From Octopus vulgaris (taxonomy: Eukaryota): a stretch of DNA of 64,000 bases. Position numbers and translations under genes: made by a program. The stretch's first letter is position 1. Each line of letters opens with the position of its first letter. This document shows positions 37,197-50,381 of the stretch, piece after piece. Below the pieces are notes generated by a model. The model worked only from the letters and a program-made list of their open reading frames with translations. It did not search any database and was not told the origin of the DNA. The stretch spans positions 109,678,001 to 109,742,000 of the forward strand of contig OX597816.1 in NCBI GenBank assembly GCA_951406725.2. Direction: 5' to 3'.

Positions 37197-37662
37197 TAAA
37201 CATGCTGCCTCATTGATATGGCTGTCCCAAACGATATAAACGTATCTATCAAAAACTGTGCAAATATAAATATGTTGAAATAAAGATCAGCAAAATGTGG
37301 AACCTGAAGTCTAAAACAATACCTGTTGTCATAGGTGCCCTGGGAATGATAGTGAAAGGGGCTGATTGCTACCTAACTCAGATATCAGGAAACCCCAAAA
37401 TGGCAGAAATTCAAAAGATAGTGCTCATGGGAACTGCTCATATCCTACGCAAAATACTTTCTATGTAATCTCAAGTTTTAAAACAAACATAATTTTCGTA
37501 TGGTTTTTTTGTAGACATTCATTAGTACAACACTAAGTACAAAACAAAATATATGGCACCCTAGACATAATACCAACATGAACGTCCAGCTTGTTGTCTC
37601 TTGAGGTCTCTGGGTGAGACTTGGAGCCAACTTGTATAAATGTAAAGCAAAAATCAAACAGA
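37197..37662 (+). mobile_element. R4/Dong-type LINE, 3' fragment in (AAT)n, same family as the preceding copy
   Basis: CCLIDMAVP, KMWNLKSKTIPVVIGALGMI, QKIVLMGTAHILRKILSM*, and a shared 3'UTR (CTCTTGAGGTCTCTGGGTGAGACTTGGAGCC). Confidence 0.88.
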
Positions 37663-37694
37663 ATAATAATAATAATAATGATAATAAATAAACC

Positions 37695-38250
37695 TTGGAT
37701 GAAACTACAATGAATACTGTGGATCCTAGCAATGGAAAGAAGAAAGCAATCCGTATGCTGAATAATGCTAACTGTAGACCCCATAAAAGGCGCAAAATGT
37801 GTAATTGTAGGGACACTCTAATATGTCCAATTAGTGGAAATTGTTGCCAGGATAATGTTATTTATAAATGTAGCGTTGAAACGCAAAATGGCCAGAGAAA
37901 AATATATATTAGTAGTCCGATAGACTTCAAGTAGAGATACCGAAGCCACCTACATTCTTTTAACAATCCTAAATATAGGACATCTACGATATTGGCATCA
38001 TATGTAAATGACCTTAAGGAAAAGAATATTACATTCAAATTATCATGGTCTATCCTTACACACGCCCGTCCATATGGAATCGGATCCACTAGATGCGGTT
38101 TGTGCACCAGGAAAGCATACTTTATATTAAAAAACAATAATCATGCTATGTTGAATAAATTTACTGATGCAATACCAGCTTGTACACATAGGATCTACTC
38201 TACGTTCTTGAAGAAATTTAAAAATAAAAATAAATATCAGAAACCACAAC
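37695..38250 (+). pseudogene. Penelope-like element GIY-YIG endonuclease (Naiad/Neptune-type), one in-frame TAG
   Basis: CNCRDTLICPISGNC, VIYKC...IYIS, FK*RYRSHLHSF, CGLC, MLNK, CTHR. ORFs 37695 and 37992 share a frame. Confidence 0.85.
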
Positions 38251-38255
38251 AACAA

Positions 38256-38338
<83 letters not shown>

Positions 38339-39114
38339 TAATTAAAACATAATATAATAATTAAATGAATAAATAAAACAATAGGTATAGTATAAGGTTG
38401 CAATAGTGTAATAGGTATGATTTAGATAACTAATTTAATAAAAACATGAGAATAAATTTAAAGTGCAATAATGGGTTAGTCTGGGTTGAACTTAGCACAT
38501 GCTTTTACCATAGTCTTCTGATTATATGCTAATTAGGTAATATTAGATAACTATAAAGGTGATAAGCGCAATGGCAACATTTTCCTTGAGTCACTGGTAT
38601 GCAATTGTATAATTGCATTTCTGTATTTGTTTTTTTCCGTACTGTGTTAAAACATCGTGATGAGGATAGTGTCAGGTTTAAAAATATGAAATATATCATA
38701 TTACTTGTCACGTCTCTGAAACGGCCCGTAGATGGAATTTTTAAATGTTGTAATATTTTCGTGGTATTTTAGTACGTCCTTTTAATGTTTTATCACATCA
38801 AATTTTTATTACACCATTGTATTATAACTTTTAAATCTAAAATTCACAGTGTTTTATATATCGATATTTATCTATTTATATGTATTTTTATATTTATATA
38901 TTTGGAATTTTTACATCCGTTTTATTAATGTAGAAGAATATTTGTATATATTTGATTTTGAGTGTGGTTATTATGTACTTCCAGTTTGAGCTTGTATTGC
39001 CTCTATTCAGATTCTTAAGCGGAAAGTAGCTCACTTGGAACACTACAACTCCAGGCTGTATATTATTTGTGAGTATTGTTAACATTAGTAATCTCAAAAT
39101 AAAGCAGTGTATTT

Positions 39115-39183
<69 letters not shown>

Positions 39184-39242
39184 GTATGTATATGTATATA
39201 AATGTATGTATCTATATATATATATATATGAATGTCTGTGTA

Positions 39243-39298
<56 letters not shown>

Positions 39299-39301
<3 letters not shown>

Positions 39302-39435
39302 GACGGGCTTTTTTAGATTCCATCTACCAAATCCACCCACAACGCTTTGGTCAGCCAATGCTGTAGTAGAAGACACTGAACCCGGAAACATGTAGCTGGT
39401 AAGCAAGCTACTTACCACAGAACCACTCCTGCGCC
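39299..39435 (-). mobile_element. SINE family A head, internally deleted
   Basis: Matches 47625-47787 with a gap between GAAGACACT and GAACCCGG. Confidence 0.85.
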
Positions 39436-39515
39436 TATATATGTCACTGGAAAATGTATATAATATACATAGTTGCATAGGAAACTACTTCGTATTACCA
39501 ATCGATTGTTGCCAC

Positions 39516-39566
39516 ACGCTGATGATGGGTCAATACCCAGAAACTCGGGACCGTGAGTATCACGTC
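39516..39566 (+). ncRNA. Hammerhead ribozyme core
   Basis: CTGATGA-TGGGT-CAAT-ACCCA-GAAA-CTC...GAG-TA: perfect 5 bp stem II, stem III ACTC/GAGT and GUA triplet. Stem I is imperfect. Confidence 0.65.
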
Positions 39567-39948
39567 AGGCTGGAGATGGGAAAGATTACTTCCTTTTGCA
39601 AATACGGATAGGGCACAGAAAGTGTGTCGTCGATAGCCAGCTAGAGGAGATGTCTTCCTGAGACTATAAACTACAGTAGCATCAACCATTAATGGTTAGC
39701 CACATTCAGGTGGCAAATATACTTCACGATGACGTGCAGCTACTTTTTATATATCGCTCAGACAATTGTCATATATATATATATATATATATACACACAA
39801 CAGAAAACCATAAATTTAACTGATGGAACATTATTTAATTACTTTCAACTGCAGTTTCAATATATGTAAACATTATTAACACTATAATTATGCAATTATG
39901 ACGCTTAATTAATAAACTTGAATTTCCTGAAAGCAACAGTGGGACAGA

Positions 39949-40113
<165 letters not shown>

Positions 40114-41219
40114 TCATATATATGTACAGGACATCATGAAACCTAAGCAACATGGAATACGAAACTTTTCGGCGGACAACGAAAGAAACAAATGAAAAAA
40201 AAACAAGACAATTAGCATGAAGGACAACCCTTCATCAATTGTCGGCTTTTTATTTACTCTGCGTTTCGAGTAATTACAAGATGTGTCTTCGAGAAAACAT
40301 TTGCCACCGCAAAGCAAATTTAAGTTTGGGATTCGCGGATGGTCAATGTTGGTATCAAAAACAGGACAGTGACAAAAAACAAAAAACAAAACAATATGGG
40401 ATGCTAATCCATAACAAGGTGAGGTGGCGAACGCTGGAGGAATAAGCTTTGACAAGAGAAAATGTAGGGGAGGAGACAGACAAGAATACATGTGATCTGT
40501 GACGTTTTGTACCCATATATGCATATGTATATGTATGTTCATATATGTACATATATATATTTATATTATTATATGACTGTACGCCACGCATCCATTTCCA
40601 AGTAAGTTTATGTATTTGAGTGAATATATTTGTCTATCTATCTACTTATCTAGTGAAACCGTCAACACAAAAGTGAAGAATATCAAAAATATTTGATAAA
40701 CACATACCAACATATAAATTGATTTTCCCACAGGGTGAAAAAGACAATTTAAAGCGAAAATAAAAAAGTATAACCATGTACACACACGTATATCGCCATA
40801 TTAACGAATATATAAACGCTGCACGTTAATGTACATTGAACAATGTACACTTACACACTCACACATTTATACATATACACATATATGCATGCGTATATGT
40901 AGTCGCTGAAGCGTAGAATGACTTAAAATGGTATATATATGAATTTATATAAACAAATATATATATTGAAACATACATATCCATTGTTATATACATACAT
41001 ATATTATATGTATGTATATAATATATAATATATATATATACATACATATATTATATGTATATATTATAATATTATATATCATATTATATTATAAATAATA
41101 TACAACTCATAAATTCTTACATATGTATTTTAAAACAAGCAAATATTCATGCACATATTAATATTCTTTAAGCATAGGTTCAAATTCTATAGTTCATTTT
41201 TTTTCTAATTATATTAATA

Positions 41220-41830
41220 TCAGGTTATTAAGAATGAAATATCCGATTTTGAACTGAAAGTTTATTTTACTTTATCTCAGTAAAAATCAGTGCAGTTAAT
41301 CAAAGTACGCACCTAAATTATAAGCAAAATTTTGCCATTTGATAGGTAAGTTATTTATGCCGGCTGCGAAGAATTCTGGAGAGCAAGAGGTGATGAAATC
41401 ACGAAAGGCTGTTTTTGCATTTCCTTCAGATCTGAAGATTTTCCCTTGCAAAATGTTGTCTAATGTCTGGAAAGCGTGATAGTTGGTGCAGGTCTGGTGA
41501 ATATGGTGGTCGACAGAGTACTTCCAAGTTCAGTTCCTGTAACATGATTAACGTTCTTTGTGCAACATGTAGTCGATCATTGTCTTGCAAGAAAATTGGC
41601 ATGTCTCTATTGACCAATCTCAGTGGTTTACTTGCAAGTTCACCCATCGTATCATCCAATGGGTTGATGTATACATATGCTGTAATTGACTTACCGGGTC
41701 TCATGAAGCTGTAGTGGATGACACCAACGCTGGACCACCAAACAGACACCATTAGCTTTTTTTATTTGGTGAATATTTGTTTGGATTGTTTTGGCACTTC
41801 GTCTCTATCCAACCACTGTATTATTGTTGA
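41220..41830 (-). mobile_element. Mariner relic, catalytic 3' portion
   Basis: MVSVWWSSVGVIHYSFM, FLQDNDRLH, RPPYSPDL; TIR-like TCAGGTTATTAAGAATGAAATATCCG at 41220. Confidence 0.85.
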
Positions 41831-42170
41831 AAACAATACGATGCCAAAAATGGCTCTCATTTATGTCGTGACTCCAAAGAACAAGTTTCAAGACGACGTG
41901 TTATTTGATGCAGCCACAACTTTTCTAGCGGCCACACCTTTTATTATATAATTAATGACAACCTGTGAATGGTTTGAGTTTCTGTTGCCGAACAAACGGT
42001 TTGTCTGCATTCGTGGTACTAATGTGGTAGATGTATTTCTCCTCTTTGTTTCACCAAGCGTATACCTATGCATATACAGATGATGGCTATTAAATCCCTC
42101 TAACTCTCTCTCTCCATATATCTGTCTTTCTCTTTTCTTCCTTCCTTTATTTCTTTCTTGCTTCTTTTTC

Positions 42171-42224
<54 letters not shown>

Positions 42225-42229
42225 ATCTA

Positions 42230-42264
<35 letters not shown>

Positions 42265-42513
42265 ATCTATACACGCACACATCTATACTTACACAAACTC
42301 TATCTTTACATCTACTATATATTTTGTAGAGAGTTCTACATCTTTTAATGTTTATTCATCATATAGAATACATTCGTATTTGCTAAATGTTCGCATAATT
42401 TATGTCTCTATATGACTGTTTGTGTATATGACTGTACGAGTGAGCGTTTTGTGAATATATGTGCAGGTTTTTGGCAAGGCGGAAAGTTCCATAGTTAAAC
42501 AGATAAAAATGGT

Positions 42514-42595
<82 letters not shown>

Positions 42596-42685
42596 ACAAC
42601 AGACGCATATACTGTGAGGAGAAGAAAGAGGATATTAAGACATGACTGTCCTATACATACACGCATACGCATGTTATATACATAT

Positions 42686-42740
<55 letters not shown>

Positions 42741-42755
42741 TATATACATACATAC

Positions 42756-42798
<43 letters not shown>

Positions 42799-43802
42799 TA
42801 TATATATATACATATATGCAAGAGAGAAAGGAGAGGGAGAGAGAGAGAGAAAGAAGTAATATATAGTCAATAGGTGAATGAGAGATATACACAAAGAAAA
42901 ATAGAGACAAGTATAAAGATGTAATTATTGAGACGTAGACGGTACGTTAGATTCCTGAAGTCAACGAATGACTGGAGTGTGGTCATTGAAGAAAAGACAA
43001 ACAGAATATAAATTCAAATTGTATCTAAACACAAAGGACTGATGTAGTTAATTCTTGAGGTCATTGAATAATAATTGTTTCTTCTGACATTTGAAATACA
43101 ACAATTGATATATAGTGTTATTTCAGGTCAGTTCTATTTCTGTAATCTAATCAGTGTAGATTAGCAGAAACAGCCGAATATTCTATCTAGTATCATTTTT
43201 CAGAATTCTTACAGATTACATCTACAATAATGGACGATAGATCTTCGTTCATTCTTCCTTATTTTTTGCAGTCATGTTCTATCTAAAACTGCATTATGCT
43301 ACGCATCCTTTATTTTCAGTGATGATATGATATGCTGTGATATATAAATGGCTGCGGTTACTGTATGTTTAAAGTAGACTGTGGATGATCCATTTTCTGA
43401 TGGTATATTCAAATAAGCAGAACTTTAAGGGAACTAACAATATGTGGGTATGTGTGTGTATATATTTGTGTGTGCATACACTGAGACTCCAGTATGAGGA
43501 TACAACGACGATTTAATTCATTACTAATTGGGGTTTACTGCCTTATGGGATCATTCAAGTGACATCATGTTAACTGTATGTACCTGGTAATATCAGAGCT
43601 CTATTCATTCTCATCGGTGACGTTCACTCAAGTTACTCGCGGGAGTAACGTTCAATGTGTTTTGGCAACTGGTTAGAGAACGTTATTTTGACCTCTCGAT
43701 ATTTTACTGACACCGACAAAGCACACGGGCGTTGTCTGAAGGTTTTGTAGGCTTCAAAAGATTTGGAATTTACATAGCACCGAATTGACTTCAGAGTTTG
43801 GA

Positions 43803-43833
<31 letters not shown>

Positions 43834-44099
43834 TGTATGTATGTATGTATGTATGTATGTATGTATGTATGTATGTATGGTAGGTAGGTAGGTAGGTAGA
43901 TACATATATATATTATATATTATATATATATGTATATTATGCATATATGTATATATTATATATATGTATATATATATATATGTATACATATATATACATA
44001 TATAATATTTATGTATACACACACGCACACACACACACGCGCACACACACACACACATATATATATATGTATACAAAGAATACTAAAGTTTAACAGGAG

Positions 44100-46745
44100 A
44101 AACCAAAGAAACCGAAGGTGAAGATATGTGTAGAGGAGGACAACAACTGCAAATTAAAGCAGGAGAAACAATTGAAGATAAAGGTACCTGCGCACCGCCG
44201 AGCTTAGAATGGATGTGAGCCCAAGGTGGGTTCACAAGAAAAACGAAATAGAACCTGCAAAGTCATATGGCCTTGATCGAAAGGGGACCAAACCAGTCCG
44301 TAAGTCCTATGTAAATGCTATCTACTGGCATGGTGTCATTTGGACAGGCTGCAAATTTGCTCATCCCAAATCCCATGTGAACAGTACTCATTCAACTTGC
44401 GCAAAGAACAGTCTCCAGTGACATAGTCAAATCACATGATACAATGCCACCACCATGGCATGGAAGTGTGTGGATGGTACACGCAAACTCTTAGGAGGAA
44501 ACAAACTGTGGCAGCAGTGTAGATAGTGGCTACTGAACAACAGACATTTTTGGAGGTTGCACAGAAGATTGGAAGGTATGTGAACTGGGTTCACCAGACA
44601 CTCAATATGAGGACACAGCTCAAACAGCAGAGGATCCAGGGTGGCCACTTCTGCAAAGGTTAGACCAGTGGCAACATCTCACCCCTACGTGTCACACCAG
44701 TATTCTTGCTGAACATTAGTGGCCTCGTAACATCCCAACAACGCAAACACAGTACTTGGGAGACTTAATGACATGTAATCAAGCAATGTGCGTGTCACTA
44801 ACAAAAGCACAGCTGAACCTGGACATATCATATGAGATACACATACCGCTGTATGTTGTGTTTCGAACTGACAAGAGAGAAAGGAATTGGCAATGTACAT
44901 CTGAGAAGATGTACCTTCTCTCAAGTAAGTCACTGCACGGCTTGAGACATGCAGAACCTCTCCTTGACCTCATTAACATGCTCTTTAGGAAGCGAATAAT
45001 GCTCCATGCACGAAAGGGAAATTGTCTTGTACCTCTGCTTCACAAATTATACGAGGCTCATCCATTATGTTAAGGTGACACCGACGATGTTCACGGACCA
45101 TAACGTAATAGAGCTAACAATGTATTGTCCGCAGAAGACTACAGACATTTAGGATATTGACGTAAAGCTACAACACTTAATGACAATCATGCATGACATA
45201 TGCAGTAAGTTTGTTTCAGAGAGGATACCAAGCCAGCAGAAATATATATTACCCAGGGATAAGAGGAATTTAATGAGACGACGAGCAAAAATCACAAATC
45301 GTTTAAAAATCACAAATCGTAGTAGAGCAGATGCTAAACATTAGAGAACATGTCAGCAAAGTCATAGAGCACTCTATCAGGAAAAAACTAATTGCGTTCC
45401 TTAAAGATAATGACTTGCTTCCTGACACCCAGCTTGACTTTCGTGAAGGCAGAAGCTGCCTTACAAAGCTTTTGCAACACTATTACTGGGTGTTGAAACA
45501 ATTAATGAATCGCTCAAACGTGGATGTGATATATCTCTACTTCGCAGAGGCCTTTGATAAGGCTGATCATGGGATGAGATGTTACAAACTACGGAGACTC
45601 GCCACAACTGGGAAAATCGGAGTGTGGTTGCAAGACTTCTTAAAAGACAGAAGCCAGACTGTAACAGCCAACGGGATCTCCCCAAGGAGACAGTAATGTG
45701 GAGTATCTCAGAAAGTTGTATCGGGGCCGCTGATGTCCATGGTGTCACTTTCAGACACGCCTTCAGTTTCACAGACAGGCACACTTACTAGCTATGCTGA
45801 TGACCCAAAAGTAGTACTGGTAGTCAAGGAATCTTCTGAAGAAAACCCTACGTGCCATATATAAATTTGCTGAGGACAACAAGATGAAATTTAATACAAG
45901 CAAATTCCAGCTAAGTTGTTCCCAAGTGTCGCAACAAGGATACTCTGGACCAAAAGGAGCGGCAATCCCAGAATCATGTACAGTGAGAGATCTTGGGATT
46001 GATTTGAGCAACGATGCCTTGTTTCACATGCATATCACCAGCATTGTGGCAGCGTGCTGGCGAATGGCCGGATGGATTCTGAGAACCTTCAGAAAAGGGA
46101 CCGGGAAACTATACTGTTCCTATGGAGGACATTTATCCTCAGCCATCTGGACCTCTGCTCTCAACTATGTTCAACTTACAGTGCCGGATTAATATCGGAA
46201 CTTGAGGCGATTCAGCGATGCTGCACAAGGAAGATTGCATCAATGGAACAGCTGAACTACTGGGAGAGAATTAAAGACTTACGATTCTACTCCTTGGAGC
46301 GAAGGCAGGAGAGGTATTCAGTGATATATGTGTGGAAGCTACTAGTGGGGCTGGCACTAAACTTGGGAATTGTGAGTTATACCAGACCTCGAATTGGACG
46401 ACATCGCACTCTTCCAAAAGTCCCAGCTGTCCCATCTAAGCTGAGCACCATGTACTGCAAAAGTTTGGCCTTCAAGGGCCCACAGCTATTGGGCCTTGCC
46501 AAAACATCTGAGATATCTCCATAGAGTAGGGGTAGATGTTTTCAAGTAACAACTTCACCGCTTACTATCCAAGATCCCAGATGAACCAATATCAAGGCAA
46601 AAAATTGAAAACAGGGCTGCAGTGTCATATTCATACCTTCACTAAAAGCCAATCACATAGAATTGGCCAGTTAAAAGATGATTACACTGACGGTGCCCTA
46701 ACATAGCCACAGCTTCAGGGCTGAAGCATATAAAAGATTAAAAGA
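44100..46745 (+). mobile_element. CR1/L2-type LINE, internally deleted and decayed (ORF1 remnant, APE, RT, 3'UTR)
   Basis: APE-like LTKAQLNLDISYEIHIPLYVVFRTD. RT motifs QLDFREGRSCLT, VDVIYLYFAEAFDK, SYADD (45790), MKFNTSK, VRDLGI, LEAIQR, YWERIKDLRFYSLERR. Confidence 0.9.
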
Positions 46746-46794
46746 GCACACACACGCATATATATAAATAGAAACATTCAGTAACAGTACTCTA

Positions 46795-47293
46795 AAGTGA
46801 ATATTATTTACCAACAATGTGGTAGTCCTGTTATTTAGACCCAGGGAAAATAGTCTCCAGCGGCTTATACTACACACTATCTATGTCCTTACATTTTCGA
46901 AGGAAGGAGTTTAGCGTCCACACTCAGCACAGAGCAATATATGCGTGCTGCAGTTTCTGGGTTATTACACTTCGTCAGTACGGAATTTTTCCATTTATTA
47001 GATCAGGGTCAGTGTGTCAGATTGAAAATTATATATTTTCGAACAGGAATATATCAGTGCCATCTATCACTAAGCAGTTATTCTGTGCTGACGAAGTGAA
47101 ATAACTAAGAATCCGATATTAATCCAGCACTGTATGATATTGCTTTGTGCTGAGTGGGGACGTTAAACTCCCTTGTTCGAAAATATAAGGAGACAGATAG
47201 TGTGTCGTATAGCCAACACGAGACGATGTAACATAAGAGTAACATTCGTTCTAACCAGGACTGCCACGTTATGCTGGCAAATAATATTTACTC
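46795..47293. repeat. Older imperfect ~500 bp fold-back element
   Basis: CACACTATCT..TCCTTA.ATTTTCGAA..GGAGTTTA.CGTCC.CACTCAGCACA.AGCAATAT (46872-46939) is mirrored at 47137-47206. The outer ends and CACTTCGTCAG/CTGACGAAGTG are also mirrored. Confidence 0.85.
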
Positions 47294-47308
47294 TCTCTCT
47301 CTCTCTCT

Positions 47309-47374
<66 letters not shown>

Positions 47375-47384
47375 TCTATACTCA

Positions 47385-47785
47385 TTTACTTGTTTCAGTC
47401 ATTTGACTGTGGCCATGCTGGAGCAACGCCTATAGTCGAGCAAATCGACCCCAGGACTTATTCTTTGTAAGCCTAGTACTTATTCTATCGGTCTCTTTTT
47501 GCCGAACTGTGAAGTTACAGGGATGTAGACATACCACCATCGGTTGTCAAGCGACGTTGGGAGGGACAAACACAGACACACGAACATACACACACACACA
47601 CATATATATATATATACATATATACGACAGGCTTCTTTCAGTTTCCGTCTACCAAATCCACTCACAAAGCTTTGGTCGGCCCGAGGCTATAGTAGAAGAC
47701 ACTTGCCCAAGGTGCCAAGCAGTGGGGCTGAACCCGGAACCATGTGGTTGGTAGGCAAGCTACTTACCACACAACCACTCCTACG

Positions 47786-47787
<2 letters not shown>
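47385..47787 (-). mobile_element. Full-length tRNA-derived SINE (family A) between (TA)n tracts
   Basis: Colinear with 1800-2187; head with A/B boxes, internal (TA)/(TG) repeat, tail. Confidence 0.92.
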
Positions 47788-47836
<49 letters not shown>

Positions 47837-47924
47837 AGAGTTTACGAAAAAAACAAAAGACGAAAACATGTGGTGTACAAAACAAACAGATGTATTAGTA
47901 TAACGCTCAGGAATATATATATAT

Positions 47925-48633
47925 ATACCTTAGATTCGAACTTAACCAAAGCTAACTTCCTTGACGTTACCCTCGACTTAAAAACCTCACTTTATTACCC
48001 GTACCATAAACCAAATGAATCCCTTAGATATATAGACATTAATTCTAACCACCCCAAAAATATATTAGACAACCTAGTCAAAAGTGTCTCAATTAGAATA
48101 CCTAGCCTGTCCGCAACCGAAGATATCTTTAATGCCGCAGCCCCCTATTACAACGAGGCCCTGGCCCGCAGTGGCTTTAAAGACAAGATCACCTACATTA
48201 GCATAGCCCCACGCCAACCCAGGAAAAATAGGCGAAGACACATTAGCTGGTACAACCCCCCCTTCAACCGTGAGGTCGCCACACCTGTAGCTAAAATTTT
48301 CTTCACTCTCCTACAAAAACACTTCCCCACCCAACATAAGTACTATACAATCCTAAATAAGAACACCATTAGACTCTCTTACTCCACCACACCCAATCTA
48401 GCCAGGAACCTAGCCAACAATAACGTGAAAAAACTTAATAAATCTACTTTTTCCGAGGCCCATCCAACATCCGAAAGCAATTTCAACTGCCCTGATAAAA
48501 CCACTTGCCCCCTCAACAACAACTGCCTACAGAAGGACCTCGTCTACATATGCGAGGTACGATCAGGCCCCGATGATAAAAGAAAATCGTACATCGGAAT
48601 GACGTCAAACAGCTTTGAAGCTCCTTCTATAAA
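47925..48633 (+). mobile_element. Penelope-like element fragment (Naiad/Neptune-type): RT C-terminus, linker and start of GIY-YIG, open frame
   Basis: NFLDVTLDL, YPYHKP, SNHP, YNEALARSGF, WYNPPF, KHFP, LSYS, NC..CPL..C, LVY...YIGMT. Confidence 0.92.
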
Positions 48634-48701
48634 ATAAATTAATTTACTCTGCCATGTATTGAGTACCTTATTTACTGTGGTTAACCCCGAATCAACCCGG
48701 G

Positions 48702-48785
<84 letters not shown>

Positions 48786-50265
48786 CTGTGCTGTATTTCC
48801 ATTTTGTTAATCATGTAGTATTTGATATCATAAGCTTAATGGCGTCCAGCATACGCTAACACTGCTCTGGAGATGTTTATATTAAACTGTAGGTAAGGTA
48901 GGAAAGTAATTAAAGTAGTAGGGAAATTGAACTCTTGGCAGAAAAACTAATATTGAGTGTGTGTATGTTGAGGTATTTCCTACAGTGTTCTAATTTTGTA
49001 CACAGAAACAAACTCACGTATAGTAATCTATGTATATATGCATTCTAGACATAGTATACCTTACATTTTTATATATAATTTAGTTTTTCCAAACACGGCA
49101 TCAATATTGTTACAATCTTGCTAAAATACAACTATATAAATATGCATGATTTTATACATTTTAATATAGTTTAGAACAACACAATCTATTTTTGTACATA
49201 TTAATATAGATATCTATTCAAAATCTATTTTCCCATCTACTAGAATTTTGTAATATCTTTTAGGATATTTACATTGATATATACCAGTACAGACTACATT
49301 CTTTTCACAGTATTTAAATATATAACTTCATAAATAAATGTATTGCTTTATTGTGTCTGAATCATTCTATACGCAGCAAATCTCTCGCTATATCGGTTTT
49401 AAAAATCAAAAATATACAACAGTGGATGTAATATATAATATAACTAGAACTTTTAATAGTTCAGTTTAAGCATTTGTTTAGCATGATTCTTGATATGAAA
49501 ATGTTTGTTGAAACAGATATAGTAATATTTGGGTATGGCCATTTTGCCAATAAACACACGGATTACTTGTTCTGCTGTCTGTTCCATCATGTCTAGACGC
49601 AAGAAAAAGCACAGAGAAAAGGATCACAGTCACTGAAGAGGTTAAGAATGTGTGAAGAAAGAACTCAGACAAATAAACTTTAATAAGAAATCTGAAGAAA
49701 ATATAAAAAAAAAATAGTGGTAAAATGACTGTCACCATATACAGTAACATTGGCCATTTCCATTAATGAAACTTTCCTGGCTTTCTAATGGTGTTGTTTA
49801 ATACGTGGGAGATGGAAATTACAATCCACTTGCTTGTATTTTTCCGTCCATTTTCTTGGATTGGACACCAGAGAAAGACATCTTATTTCGTCTTCTCCAG
49901 CAAAGTTTTCGCTTCTACAAACATACCATTGACGGAAAGGAAAAGAAAGAAATGAAGAGAGAGAGAGGGAGAGAGAGAAAGAGAATGAGAAACAGAGCGA
50001 AACAAAAAAAAAAAACAGAATAAAAATGCTGCACGACATTAGGCTAAGAAATGGAGAGAAAATTAGAGACATCTACAGAGACTGACAAAAAATTGCGAAA
50101 GGTTTTGAGAAACAGATGTAGATTTAGGAAGATAAAAAGAATGAAGTATAATGATCGATAAATGTAAGAGAGGGGAACGAAACGAGAGACTACTACAGAC
50201 ATAGAAAAGACAAAGAAAACAACCTGTGGTCCTACAAATACAAAATCAAAAACAAAAGGCTGACA

Positions 50266-50381
<116 letters not shown>

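Noticed and set aside
37932-37934. In-frame stop in the Naiad-type ORF as possible selenocysteine recoding
   Set aside because: The codon is TAG, not TGA, and is not at a cysteine position; simple decay is more likely.
49478-49920. Hydrophobic ORF suggesting a membrane protein
   Set aside because: Hydrophobicity comes from T-rich composition; no family motif or consistent exon structure.
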